Shown here piece by piece: positions 37,546 through 48,142 of a stretch of DNA of 49,893 nucleotides. Each line of letters begins with the position of its first letter. Position 1 is the stretch's first letter. The notes below the pieces were generated by a model. The model saw only the letters and a list, made by a program, of their open reading frames with translations, made no database searches and was not told the DNA's origin. Location: positions 1,383 to 51,275 of the forward strand of contig VXOP01000382.1 in the NCBI GenBank assembly GCA_009839975.1, written 5' to 3'. The translations under genes were made by a program, and so were the position numbers. This DNA is from Candidatus Poribacteria bacterium. GTDB taxonomy: Bacteria > Poribacteria > WGA-4E > WGA-3G.

Positions 37546-39555
37546 TTATTTATCATCACGATTCATTTGTTCACTATCGCTTTCCATACGCTTATTTTCT
37601 GCCTCTTGAATTCCGAATCCGATTTTATCAATACCTGTCTCTTTTGCTATATCCATTACCTTGACAATCTGTTCATGAGACACATCTCGTTCAGCCTGGA
37701 TAAGCAACATAGATTTATGTTCTTCAGGCAAGTTACGAAGGAACGTAGGCAATTTATCAAACTGTACAACGGTTCCATTTAATAACATTCTACCAATTTT
37801 TTCACCCTCAGCAGGATTCTTAATTTGGATAATCGGGTTTTTTGGGTTCAACCATTCTTGTACCGTAGCAGGTTTCTGACCAATCAACTCAGCAACACCA
37901 CCAAGTACATACGGATCTGGCGAGAGCATCGGTTGTGCTAAAGCGAAGTTATGAAGCACCTTTCCATCTTTCACCGTCAGGATAGTTTGTGCAACGTTTC
38001 TATTTAATCCGTAATTTCCGGGTTCTTCACGTCCATCGGGTGAAACGCCGAGTAGAATATTGTCTGGGATATGCGGGACAATCCTGCTTGCTTGTTGTGT
38101 TAGCGTATCCGGTGAATCTCCTAAGAATAGGACGTGGACGCTAATCTGCTGTTTAGACTTGCTATTGATTTGCGCAATTAATCGTGTAAAGCCAACTAAT
38201 CCGCGTAGTCCGAGTGGTTTTTCATCCTGAAAGATCAGAACGAGTGGTTTCTTGTCTGCTTTTGCGATGAAGTCAATAGTTTTTCCTTTAGCATCTCCAT
38301 TAATGGCAATTGCTTTTAGGGAGGGGAGTTTTTCTTTCGGCTGCGGACCAGAGAAGATAGTTTTCTCCCGATTTTGCTTGAACTCATCAGGGTTCTTGAC
38401 TTCAACCTTTCTTCGTTGTTGTCGGTTTGCCATGGCGCGCCGTGTAGCTAACGTTTCCGCATTGTTATCCTTAAGAAGTGCTTCACCTTCCTGCCAAGTG
38501 ATACCTAATTTTTTGAGTCGTTCAGCAGCTGCATTTTTAGATATTTTTTCATTGCTAACAGCTTCCCGAATGGCTTTATAACTTTCCGCAATATATCTCT
38601 TTTTTAACGCGTCCAACTTCTCATTTAAGTCAGTCACCTTTTCTTGATACTTTTGCAGTTCCTCTTTTTTCTTTATTTCACGTTGTTTATTCAACAGATT
38701 TTCCAATGCCGTAGGTTCAACATCAAGTGCTTCTGCCACACCACCGAGTACATGCGGGTCGGTATAAAACGAGGCTTGCGTAAAAGCGAAATTATGGAGC
38801 ACCTTACCATCCTTAGCGATCAATACGGTCTGTGATACATTGCGATTAAGTCCATAGCTGCCAGGACCTTCACGTCCATCTGGCGACTTAGCGACCTTTA
38901 TGTTGTCTGACACCAGGTCCCCAAGGAATTGGTCAGACCAGTCAGGTAGTCTGTCATCATCACCTAAGAAGTATACAATTCCTATTTGTAGTTCTTGATT
39001 TGCAATTTCAGATTCATCTACAATCGTATCTCGTTTCAGAAACTGGTTAATTTTGGAAAGCACCTCTACATTCACATCCATCCCTTTTATACATGCGATA
39101 TTATTATCTTGCAAGAAAAGGATGAGTGGTTTTCCACCTACTCCTGCTGTGATGTCAAATGCCTTATCTTTATGCAGTCTGTCTTTTCTTTCATATAGAT
39201 GCGTAACCATTAGCGGTGGGAGTTTTTCACCGGGTTGCGGTCCAGAATAGATCCTATTCTCTTGGGATTTATAGAAATCAGATGGATTGAGAACGCTAAT
39301 AGCGTTTTCGTCTTTGTACTCTTTCTTTTTCTTTCCATCATCTTTTTCTGGCATCATCTTTTTCTGGTCAGCCCTTGTTTGTAACCCCTTCAGTTTGGTT
39401 TCGTCCATCTCTTTATCAGCCTCTTGAGGCGTTTGAGAGAATAGATAGGATTGGACGTTATTCAACTGTGTCAATTGTGCGGCTGAATACATAGATGTAC
39501 ATATTAGAAGTAGGATCGCTATACATAGTAATGAAAGTGATATTTGCTTCGTCAT
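37546..39555 (-). CDS. Exported protein with two tandem thioredoxin-like repeats and a C-terminal ExbD/TolR-like domain
   Basis: Signal peptide; twice SGPQP.EKLP...DGRE.PG.YGLNRNV.QT.L..KDGKVLHNFA; C-terminal LNG..V...L...IQAERDVSHEQIVKVMDIAKETGIDKIGF. Confidence 0.75.
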   Translation of the reverse strand: MTKQISLSLLCIAILLLICTSMYSAAQLTQLNNVQSYLFSQTPQEADKEMDETKLKGLQTRADQKKMMPEKDDGKKKKEYKDENAISVLNPSDFYKSQENRIYSGPQPGEKLPPLMVTHLYERKDRLHKDKAFDITAGVGGKPLILFLQDNNIACIKGMDVNVEVLSKINQFLKRDTIVDESEIANQELQIGIVYFLGDDDRLPDWSDQFLGDLVSDNIKVAKSPDGREGPGSYGLNRNVSQTVLIAKDGKVLHNFAFTQASFYTDPHVLGGVAEALDVEPTALENLLNKQREIKKKEELQKYQEKVTDLNEKLDALKKRYIAESYKAIREAVSNEKISKNAAAERLKKLGITWQEGEALLKDNNAETLATRRAMANRQQRRKVEVKNPDEFKQNREKTIFSGPQPKEKLPSLKAIAINGDAKGKTIDFIAKADKKPLVLIFQDEKPLGLRGLVGFTRLIAQINSKSKQQISVHVLFLGDSPDTLTQQASRIVPHIPDNILLGVSPDGREEPGNYGLNRNVAQTILTVKDGKVLHNFALAQPMLSPDPYVLGGVAELIGQKPATVQEWLNPKNPIIQIKNPAEGEKIGRMLLNGTVVQFDKLPTFLRNLPEEHKSMLLIQAERDVSHEQIVKVMDIAKETGIDKIGFGIQEAENKRMESDSEQMNRDDK

Positions 39556-39721
39556 CTGTATCTCCTTAAGGTTCTTTGTTTTGGATATTCCTTCTATTTC
39601 TGTGGGTCACTAATTCCTTTATACACAACTGAGTTCTTTATAATTTCAGTAGTAAGTTTACCAGTCGGTTGTCAATTTGTCAAGAGGATGTGTGTATGTA
39701 AAGTTATTGCCACCCTTTCTG

Positions 39722-41665
39722 TTAGAATTTCCCGAAAACTCGGACAAACATTTCCATATAGTTCTGATCGTTTATATCTCCGACTGCGCGTTGGTCTATG
39801 TAGCGTGTACCGATATGTAAGAAGAGTTGCTTCCGATATGCAAAGAAGCTCTTTTCCATTTCAGCTAAAAGAGCCTGACGGACAAAATCGCTATCGTCCT
39901 TTAAAAGATCATTGTACAGAAGAATTTGCCCTCCGCCAGTGAGTTTTATCGTTTTCGTGAACTGATACACAATCTTGAGAATAAATGTGGGTGTCATATC
40001 TCGCACATGTGCTTGTTCTATTTGTCGCAAGCGTATGTGTCGAATAATGTCTGTATCGTCGATTCTTCCGCGTAGTGTTAGGTATTCAAGTTGATCCTCT
40101 GCCATTCTAAACCCGTTGCGGATAGTATATTTGAGCATAGGACTAATTTCAAGTGATTTTGAAGGTCTTAATCGATAAAGTGTTTTAAAAATTCCTACTT
40201 CGTAGTGTTCATTGTCGTTGTCGAAGTCAATGTCGTATTGTAACTTTGCGCGTGCTGTAGTGACCATACGATTAATGCCATGATATTCCCAAGTAAGTTT
40301 AGCAGTGTTAATTATGTCATTCTGCATTAAGAGGGGATCAAGCCTGCGTTTTTCTATTTCAGCACCTCCATCAACATAGAAGAATTGTAGATTTTTAGCA
40401 TAAATCATCTCTTGGATATCAGATCGTGCTTGATAGAGACCCATTTCTTGGTGACTGAGAAATCCACTAAAATACCAAGTTTCATCTGGGATACTATCCT
40501 TCACCCATTTAATTTCATTCTCAAATATGAATGAGGAAGCGCGCGGTAATGCCTTTTTGTATACGATGTTTGCAAAGGCTTTCTGTGATGTTGGAAAATT
40601 TCTAAATTTTAGATTTTTCTCTAATTGTACACCGAGTTCTAAGTCAATAACGCTTTTTGTTTGTCTCATCTTACTGTTCATGAAGAGGCGTATTCCCTGC
40701 AAACCGACATCAAATTCATAATTTGGTTCATGATCGTTTTCCTCCTCATCTCGTATACCGTTATTATTTCGGTCTACCTCATCAAGAAAATCCTCGTCAA
40801 CATCAAACAACAAAATATCATCTTCATAGTCAAAAATTCCGTTGTTGTTCTTATCAAGGTCCCCAGGTATAATTAGCGATGGTGGATCGAGAAAGGAGTT
40901 GTCAGAGTATCTGTCTTGATCATCATTGTCTCCGACAGAACGTGATGCATCAAATTGCGGTCCGACGCGATAAGCCTCAGCTTGAAAGAGTGTATCTCCT
41001 ACTGTTCTAAATGCTTTGAACACAGTTGTTGCAGCGTCATAACGCGATTTTAGATCTTTCCGTAGTGCGTTTTTTGGTGTAATTGCTATCTCAGCTTTCA
41101 CGCCATTATTTGCGAAATTTGTCTCCATATCAACCGACCATACCGGTGCTTGACGGAAATACCAAGATAAACCGAGTTGCGTTTTACCCAATTTCGTTAC
41201 CTCTCTTAATCCTATGCCTGATCCATCTATCATTCTCTCTTGACTGTTTAGCGGGTTGAGTGTGCCAGGAACCATCAGGATTGTCCAGTCAGTACGATTT
41301 GAACGCACCTCCCATCGGATTCCGTTCAAATCAATCTGATCAAATGTAAACTGCGTAAAAGTTGTTGGCACTTCACCAAGACTTAGGATATTTTTTACAT
41401 CGCCAGCTGTTTCCTCAATTATCAAGACACTATGAAACCCACGACGAAAAAGACGGTCAAAATCAAAATTATCTTTGCGGACTCTTTCTTCCTCAGTATC
41501 AGCAAGGAAGTTTCTTCTATTAGTGAAATCGTACTCAACTCGACCCGATAAAAACAACTTTCCGAAAAGACTGTAGGCATCTTCGGCTCGTGAGTCACCA
41601 GAAACAGAGAAGAGTAAGATAAGAAAGTAGAAGATTAAACACTTTAGGCTGTTAGGTGTGTCCAT
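39722..41665 (-). CDS. Probable outer-membrane beta-barrel protein with a Ca-binding DxNxNG loop
   Basis: Signal peptide, alternating amphipathic strands, C-terminal Phe (FVRVFGKF), acidic insert DLDKNNNGIFDYEDD / DRNNNGIRDEEEND. Confidence 0.6.
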   Translation of the reverse strand: MDTPNSLKCLIFYFLILLFSVSGDSRAEDAYSLFGKLFLSGRVEYDFTNRRNFLADTEEERVRKDNFDFDRLFRRGFHSVLIIEETAGDVKNILSLGEVPTTFTQFTFDQIDLNGIRWEVRSNRTDWTILMVPGTLNPLNSQERMIDGSGIGLREVTKLGKTQLGLSWYFRQAPVWSVDMETNFANNGVKAEIAITPKNALRKDLKSRYDAATTVFKAFRTVGDTLFQAEAYRVGPQFDASRSVGDNDDQDRYSDNSFLDPPSLIIPGDLDKNNNGIFDYEDDILLFDVDEDFLDEVDRNNNGIRDEEENDHEPNYEFDVGLQGIRLFMNSKMRQTKSVIDLELGVQLEKNLKFRNFPTSQKAFANIVYKKALPRASSFIFENEIKWVKDSIPDETWYFSGFLSHQEMGLYQARSDIQEMIYAKNLQFFYVDGGAEIEKRRLDPLLMQNDIINTAKLTWEYHGINRMVTTARAKLQYDIDFDNDNEHYEVGIFKTLYRLRPSKSLEISPMLKYTIRNGFRMAEDQLEYLTLRGRIDDTDIIRHIRLRQIEQAHVRDMTPTFILKIVYQFTKTIKLTGGGQILLYNDLLKDDSDFVRQALLAEMEKSFFAYRKQLFLHIGTRYIDQRAVGDINDQNYMEMFVRVFGKF

Positions 41666-41728
41666 ATTACGATGATGTTTGGTGGAGTGTATCTGTTTTT
41701 TTGGAGAAAGTGAAGTCTGTAAATATCT

Positions 41729-41783
41729 GTAGTGTAAACTGTCAGTTTGCGTTCTTGTAGCACAATCTAACAGATTATGCTAC
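41729..41783 (+). repeat. Two adjacent GTAG-type REP-like hairpins
   Basis: GTAG-TGTAAACT-GTC-AGTTTGCG and GTAGCACAATCT-AAC-AGATTATGCTAC. Confidence 0.6.
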
Positions 41784-41800
41784 ATAGGTAGCAACTTGGG

Positions 41801-44800
41801 TTATCTTAAAATATCTTCAGGTCCGTAAGCCTCTGTGAAGGTTGTCCAGATATTCGCTTGTTTATCAAAACGACTCAAACCACGATAGGTACCAAACCAT
41901 ACATATTGACTTCCAACAGCCATTGAGAGTATGCCATTATGTGCTAAACCATCATCACGCGTGTATGTTTTCCAACTCTTTGTGGTCTGATCAAATCGAC
42001 TGATCCCAGCGTTGTAGGTTCCAATCCACACATCTGTCCCATCTACACCGATTGTAGTGACTTTATTGCTGACAAGTCCATCCTGTGTTGTATAGGTACG
42101 CCAGTCTTCAGTTTTCTCATTATAGAAGGAAACACCCCTGTCACTGCCAAACCATATATGTTCACCATCAACAGCGATACAACTAATCTCATCGCTTGCA
42201 AGACCGTCTGCTGAAGTAATTGTTTTCCAAATATCTCGTCCGATGTTATATTTGCTTACACCTCTCCGTGTTCCTACCCATACATTCTTCTTGCTTGCAG
42301 TCATACACCAGATTTCGTCAGCGACCAATGATTCAGCGAATTCCTTTGACACGGCAGAGGGTTGAATTTCTGCCCCAGAGGTATAGGCGATCCAAGCATT
42401 TAGATCATCTGCTGTTCGTGGATATTTACCTATTCCAGAATTTGTGCCGACCCAAATGTTAAATCCATCTGTGCAGACACTGGTTACATTATTTGCAGGT
42501 AAACCGTGTTCAGTTTTGTATTGATCCCAACGTGATGCGATCTTATCAAATCGGTTTGCGCCATCTCGTGTGCCAACCCAGACATATTGTTCATCAACGA
42601 CAATTGAACTTACGGCATTATCAGAAAGCATACCGCGTGATTTCGGACGGTGTCGGTGCCAGTGTCCATCGTGAGTGGCTATCTCTTCAGACCCGCCAGT
42701 CTGTCTATAGTTTTTCCATGTTCCTAAATCCTTATCATAACGAGACATACCGTTGTCTGTACCTACCCAAACATAACGTTCATCTGTGTCTATTGTTCGA
42801 ACAGTGCGGCCCGAAAGCGTTGGTAAAGGAATAAAAGGTGTCCAGGATTCACTATTCTTGTCATATCGTGATAGTCCGCGTATTGTGCCGACCCATACAT
42901 AATCTTTATCAACGGCGAGACCGTATTCGCCAACGTGGTTGTGAAGTAAACCTTTCACATCTTTAAAGACTGTCCATGTTCCAGAAGCGAAATGAAATCT
43001 ACGTAGTCCATCATTCGGTGCAGCTAACCATAGATAATCATCGTCTGCTGCCATTTCAAGTGTTCCTCTATCAGATGTGATTGTTGTCCACTCCTTGTTG
43101 CGTTTGTCGTATCGTGTGATAGCATTGTCCCAGGGTCGGTACTGTATCCACACATCATGCTCTGTTACGATGATACGTTTAATGGTCTTAGCAGCCAGCA
43201 CATCATTCGTAGAAAAAGTAGACCATTCCTTAGTTTTCTTATCGTATCGCGATAATGGACGATTGCTGTCTCTATCATACTCAGATCGTGCTACCCACAC
43301 GTATTGATCGTCAACGGTTATCCACTCTGCGCCTCTTCCCGCTAAACCGTCTCTTGGTGTAAATTCCCTCCATTCCTCAGTATCTTCGTTGTAGCGTGTG
43401 AGAGAATGGCCAGTGCTGAACCACACTTCTGGTCCGTCCACAGCAAGACTTTTCAATCTTTCATGTTCTTCTCTTCTGTCAGGTTGTGTGACAATTTTCC
43501 ACGTCTGTGTTGCCTTATCATAACGGTTCAACTCCATACCTGACATGGCTACTATCCATACCCTCTTATCACTCACAGCGATTTTGTTCAGGTCATCGGA
43601 AGAAAGTCCATCTTTCATAGTAAAGTGTTGCCAAGTATCTTTCATTTTATCATAACGCAACACGCCATAATCTGTAGTGAACCAAACAGCGTCATTATCA
43701 ATGAAAGTCCAACGTAATGTTGTCATCGTCCTTTGTCGTGTAGAGTTGAATATATCTAATCTGGTAAAACGTTGCCAGGTCTTTGTGGGACGATGTAATC
43801 TTAGAATACCTCCGTTACGGGAGGAAGCCCAATTTGAGAACCAGATATAATCACCATCAAATTTTATTTGGGATATACGTGTTTCAAGTAAAGGTTCACG
43901 AACCGGGCGTGATTGGTGCAGGGTTTCTGTTGCAGTGTTCAGGTTTCTTTCAACGAGACCTGTTGAGGTTGCTAACCAAACCGTAGCATCCTTTGTGCAG
44001 ACAATGTCGCGAATGTTATGTTTCTCTTTTGTCTGACTCCATTTACCAGTTGCTATCGTATAACTTCCCCATCCTTGTGGAGAACCTATCAATAGATCAC
44101 CATCATGGTATGCAATTGCTTTGATATTTGGTATATCAGAGGCTTCTTCAGGCTGATTCTCTAACGAGATGGGTATCCATTTCTGTTGCGTAAAATCATA
44201 TTTTGCCAGACCTTTCTGTGTTCCTGCCCACAGTATGTTTTCGGCTGAGAACAGTACATTTACATAAGGTGTTATTAGTCCTTCATTGACCTGTAACATC
44301 TGCTTATTTTCAGGAGCATATCGCCAAATACCGCTCACACCACAAAACCAGACATATTTGTCATGGATAAGGACAGATAGTATATGAGGATTCTTTGGGT
44401 TATCTGGTAATGCAAGTTGCGTCCATTCTTTAGTATTAGCATCATATACAGCAGGTCCCAAATTCGTTCCCATCCATATCTTGTCTGTATCTCTGATGGA
44501 ATCTGTACTGTTATTGGACTTACTTACAGCAGTTATAAACGCTTCACCTTGAGATGGAAAGTGAAAAGACCATTGTCCACCCATGTCTGTGCACGAACCG
44601 AGACCGCGAGCGGTACCTATCCATATCCGTGCATATTTTTCTGTGATCTTGGTCGTTTCCGCTAAATCAGTTCTTTTTTTGGAAACATGGACTGACATAA
44701 CGTACGGTGTCGGTAAACCATTTTGTTTAGAGATGACTTCCCACGTTTTCGTTTCTGGTGTATAAATTGATATACCAGATACTGTTGCGGTCCATAGATT

Positions 44801-46006
44801 TCCATCATCGTCAAGTGTAATATCTCGTATATCGTTATCTGCAAGAAAGTCGGCTTGCTTGTAATTTGTCCATTCTCCAGTTACTTTATCGAAACGGCTT
44901 ACACCATCCTCTTTACTTGCAAGCCACACATCATTACCTTGTGTTGTAATCCAACTTACATTATCACTGCAAAGTCCGTCTGCTTTTGTGTAATGAACCC
45001 ATGTGTTGACAGGTTTGATATAACGGTGGACACCCGCATTAGCCGTACCGAACCAGACCTGAAATCCATCAGTACGAATTGATGTGATGAAGTTACTTTT
45101 TAGCAGATCGGTTTTTGTGAAAGTCTTGATGAACGTTTGGTCAACTTGATTGTATTGGCTCACCCCTCTGTGTTGTGTCCCGAACCAAACACTATCCTCA
45201 TCTACGGCGATTGTTGCGATTTCATTGTCAATTAAACCGTCTGATTTTGTATAGTTGTTCCAGGAATCCGTATCACGATGATATCGACTTACACCCCCTT
45301 TGCTGAATCTTGGGTCATCATCCCATCCGTGCGGGTCAGGATTTATCTCCTTATCTGTCCCAACCCATACATACTCTGGCTCAACAGCGAGTGAGGTGAT
45401 CACACGACTGACTAAACCGTCTTTTCTGGTGCGGACTGCCCAACTGTCAATAGTCTTATCATATCGGTTTAGTCCGTTTGATGTACCGAACCAAACATAG
45501 TTACCATCAATAGCGATTGAGGATACTTGATCACTTGCAAGTCCGTCTATGCTGCGGAAGGACGTAAAAGATTCCGTTTCAGTGTCAAACCGACTTACGC
45601 CTTCCTGTGTAGCAAACCAGACCGATTGACCATCTATCGCTACAGCGTTGACTGCATCGTTTGCCAGTCCGTTTTCCATCGTATAGTGAACCCATCTATT
45701 CTCGTTACGTTTCCATCGAGACACCCCTTTTGCTGTTGCAATCCATACGTTGTCAGTATCTGCTGCGATACAGTTGACTTCGTTGCTAATAAGGGTGCGT
45801 TTCGCTTGCCACGTTTTTTTCGTTTTTTTTCTCTGCTGAGAATCTCGGAAGGGAATGTCTGATTCCGGATCGGTAATACCCAACGGACTACAGCCCAAAA
45901 TCAGTAAGCATAAGGTCAGCATCAGGAGACATACTATGACTGCAGCGTATAAGAATCCGCTCTTAAGACCTAAAATGGGAGGCGTGTTTTCGTCTTGTGT
46001 ATACAT
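41801..46006 (-). CDS. Giant multi-beta-propeller protein (Reg_prop-like repeats), probable lipoprotein
   Basis: Roughly 28 blades of W..YT..DGL..N.V..IA.DG..VWFGT..G.SRYD; hydrophobic N-terminus ending LLILGC. The exact start is uncertain. Confidence 0.85.
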   Translation of the reverse strand: MYTQDENTPPILGLKSGFLYAAVIVCLLMLTLCLLILGCSPLGITDPESDIPFRDSQQRKKTKKTWQAKRTLISNEVNCIAADTDNVWIATAKGVSRWKRNENRWVHYTMENGLANDAVNAVAIDGQSVWFATQEGVSRFDTETESFTSFRSIDGLASDQVSSIAIDGNYVWFGTSNGLNRYDKTIDSWAVRTRKDGLVSRVITSLAVEPEYVWVGTDKEINPDPHGWDDDPRFSKGGVSRYHRDTDSWNNYTKSDGLIDNEIATIAVDEDSVWFGTQHRGVSQYNQVDQTFIKTFTKTDLLKSNFITSIRTDGFQVWFGTANAGVHRYIKPVNTWVHYTKADGLCSDNVSWITTQGNDVWLASKEDGVSRFDKVTGEWTNYKQADFLADNDIRDITLDDDGNLWTATVSGISIYTPETKTWEVISKQNGLPTPYVMSVHVSKKRTDLAETTKITEKYARIWIGTARGLGSCTDMGGQWSFHFPSQGEAFITAVSKSNNSTDSIRDTDKIWMGTNLGPAVYDANTKEWTQLALPDNPKNPHILSVLIHDKYVWFCGVSGIWRYAPENKQMLQVNEGLITPYVNVLFSAENILWAGTQKGLAKYDFTQQKWIPISLENQPEEASDIPNIKAIAYHDGDLLIGSPQGWGSYTIATGKWSQTKEKHNIRDIVCTKDATVWLATSTGLVERNLNTATETLHQSRPVREPLLETRISQIKFDGDYIWFSNWASSRNGGILRLHRPTKTWQRFTRLDIFNSTRQRTMTTLRWTFIDNDAVWFTTDYGVLRYDKMKDTWQHFTMKDGLSSDDLNKIAVSDKRVWIVAMSGMELNRYDKATQTWKIVTQPDRREEHERLKSLAVDGPEVWFSTGHSLTRYNEDTEEWREFTPRDGLAGRGAEWITVDDQYVWVARSEYDRDSNRPLSRYDKKTKEWSTFSTNDVLAAKTIKRIIVTEHDVWIQYRPWDNAITRYDKRNKEWTTITSDRGTLEMAADDDYLWLAAPNDGLRRFHFASGTWTVFKDVKGLLHNHVGEYGLAVDKDYVWVGTIRGLSRYDKNSESWTPFIPLPTLSGRTVRTIDTDERYVWVGTDNGMSRYDKDLGTWKNYRQTGGSEEIATHDGHWHRHRPKSRGMLSDNAVSSIVVDEQYVWVGTRDGANRFDKIASRWDQYKTEHGLPANNVTSVCTDGFNIWVGTNSGIGKYPRTADDLNAWIAYTSGAEIQPSAVSKEFAESLVADEIWCMTASKKNVWVGTRRGVSKYNIGRDIWKTITSADGLASDEISCIAVDGEHIWFGSDRGVSFYNEKTEDWRTYTTQDGLVSNKVTTIGVDGTDVWIGTYNAGISRFDQTTKSWKTYTRDDGLAHNGILSMAVGSQYVWFGTYRGLSRFDKQANIWTTFTEAYGPEDILR

Positions 46007-46055
46007 CGGTGAACAGTCTGCATTCTATCTGAATATTGAATGGGTTAACAATGAT

Positions 46056-46178
46056 TATAGTGGACTTCAGAATTAATGATACACTCCATAACGGGCGAGG
46101 TGACCTCGCCCCTATGGGGGTGGACTTCGTCATCGGTGTATGGGATGAAATGTCTCATTACTTATTAACTTTACTATA
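46056..46178. mobile_element. MITE-like element (family A), second copy
   Basis: TATAGTGGACTTCAGAATTAATGATACACTCCA...GGGCGAGGTGACCTCGCCCCTA...TGAAATGTCTCATTACTTATTAACTTTACTATA; homologous to 6407-6519. Confidence 0.75.
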
Positions 46179-46191
46179 CATCCTCCGAACA

Positions 46192-47151
46192 TTACCTTCT
46201 GATGACCTGACTTTCTTTGAGGTATTTATAGAGTTCACTATCGGTTGACAGAATCAGTTTTGTACTTGCATTATTGGTTTTGCGGTATGTTTCCAGGGTT
46301 TGGAGAAAAGCGAAGAACTCTGGGTCTTTCCCGTGCGCTTCAGCGTAAATCTGAATAGCTTGTGCATCAGCAGCACCTCTAATCTGTTCTGCTTCTTTAT
46401 ATGCCTCTGATTGAATCCGTTCTAATTCTTTCTTTTTTTGCCCCATAATATCTGCGGCTTCCCCCTCGCCTTCGGATTTATACTTTTCAGAGATGCGTTG
46501 TCTTTCAGAGATCATACGGGTAAAGACTTTCTCACGTACCTCTTCTACATAGTTTATCCGTTTAATTTGAACATCCACGAGTTCAATTCCGAATCTGGGA
46601 AGAGCTTTTTGTGCTTTAGCAAGTATCTCTTGCGTTATCTTTTCTCTCCCCATACTAATTTCTTCTAACTTTTCTGTGGATTGTCCTGCCTCTTCTTCAA
46701 GGGTTTCCGGTTTTCGTTCTAAGACCATGTTAGAGTTTCTTACAGCTTCAATTAACAATTGTGCTGTTACTAAATCACGCGCAGCGGAATCGATAATATC
46801 GTCAAGACGAGATTGTGCAAGCACTTCTGTACCGAGTGCTTGATAGAACTTGAGTGCATCTACAATCCGCCAACGTGCTGTGGTATCAAGCCATATAAAT
46901 CGTTTGTCTTTTGTTGGGATCTGATTTGGAGAACCGTCCCATTCAAGGATACGTTTCTCAAAACTGTGTACCTGTTGAATAAAAGGGGTTTTGATTTTTA
47001 GACCGGCATCAACAATGGGTTCTCCAACGGGTCGTCCAAACTCAGTAATAACGACCTGTTCACCCTCTTCCACAATATAAAACATACCAGAAGACATTAC
47101 TACGATCAAGAGGATAACGACAATTATGGGTATCAGTATACTTAACTTCAT
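46192..47151 (-). CDS. hflC: Protease modulator HflC
   Basis: SPFH domain: IV.EGEQVVIT.FG.P, GL..K.PFIQ, TKDK..I, M.SER..I, DPEFF.F..TLE.Y. Confidence 0.92.
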   Translation of the reverse strand: MKLSILIPIIVVILLIVVMSSGMFYIVEEGEQVVITEFGRPVGEPIVDAGLKIKTPFIQQVHSFEKRILEWDGSPNQIPTKDKRFIWLDTTARWRIVDALKFYQALGTEVLAQSRLDDIIDSAARDLVTAQLLIEAVRNSNMVLERKPETLEEEAGQSTEKLEEISMGREKITQEILAKAQKALPRFGIELVDVQIKRINYVEEVREKVFTRMISERQRISEKYKSEGEGEAADIMGQKKKELERIQSEAYKEAEQIRGAADAQAIQIYAEAHGKDPEFFAFLQTLETYRKTNNASTKLILSTDSELYKYLKESQVIRR

Positions 47152-47166
47152 CCTATTTCTCCTTAT

Positions 47167-48114
47167 TTATTCCTTGAGTTGCAAAATCGGTATGGGTGTA
47201 TTAGTGTTAGAATCAATTACATAGATCTCTTTTATCTTCGGTAAGATCTCTTGCATTGTTTCAAGATAGAGTCTTTGCCGTGTTACCTCTTTTGCCTTTT
47301 GATATTCTGCACGAATTGAATTGAACTTATCAGCATCCCCTTGTGCTTCATTGACACGTTTTAGTGCATATCCTTGTGCTTCAGAAATTTGCTGAGAAGC
47401 TAACCCTTTAGATTTTGGGATGGATTGGTTGTAATCGCGCCATGCTTCGTTGATGAGTCTATCTTTTTCCTGCTTCGCTTCGTTCACTGCGTTGTAGGAA
47501 GGTTTCACCTTATCTGGTGGATTTACATCCTGTAGTGTGACTGTCGCAACATCCAACCCTGTTTCGTACAGATCCAGCAGTGTCTGTAGATGTTGTTCTA
47601 CCTCAGTGGCGATTTCAATCCTGCCAACTGTGAGAACTTCCGTTACAGTACGGTCTCCGATAACCCGACTCATGACAGCTTCCGATAGATCGCGTAATGC
47701 AAACTTTGGATTTCTAACTGAAAACAGGTACTGTTCTGGGTCTTTGATTTTGTACTGAACGACCCATTCAACATCAGCGATGCTCAGATCTGCTGTGAGT
47801 AGCAGCGATTCAGTGCTAAAATCGCGGGGATCATATTCAGTGCGTATTCCAGCTTTCAAAGTTCGAAACCCAAATTCTTCTTTGAAGACTTTTCTAACCT
47901 GAACTTTCTTTGCTTTTTCAATGCCAAATGGCAATTTAAAGTGAAGTCCAGGCTCGGTTTTTCGGACAGATTTTCCGAACAAAAGTACAACAGCGATTTC
48001 GTCTGCTTCCACCGTATAGAAACTTGTTGATAGACTTATCAAGACGACAATGCCAAGTACAATTATCAGAATGCGTTTCGGTGTAATAAGTCTTAAAAAA
48101 TCTGTTAAATCCAC
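47167..48114 (-). CDS. hflK: Protease modulator HflK
   Basis: FYTV..DE..VVL.FGK, PGLHFKLPFGIE, LLT.D, LQDVNPP..V, EVTRQRLYLETM; upstream of hflC. Confidence 0.92.
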   Translation of the reverse strand: MDLTDFLRLITPKRILIIVLGIVVLISLSTSFYTVEADEIAVVLLFGKSVRKTEPGLHFKLPFGIEKAKKVQVRKVFKEEFGFRTLKAGIRTEYDPRDFSTESLLLTADLSIADVEWVVQYKIKDPEQYLFSVRNPKFALRDLSEAVMSRVIGDRTVTEVLTVGRIEIATEVEQHLQTLLDLYETGLDVATVTLQDVNPPDKVKPSYNAVNEAKQEKDRLINEAWRDYNQSIPKSKGLASQQISEAQGYALKRVNEAQGDADKFNSIRAEYQKAKEVTRQRLYLETMQEILPKIKEIYVIDSNTNTPIPILQLKE

Positions 48115-48142
48115 ATTTTTCTCCTTTCATTTTCTATGCAAT

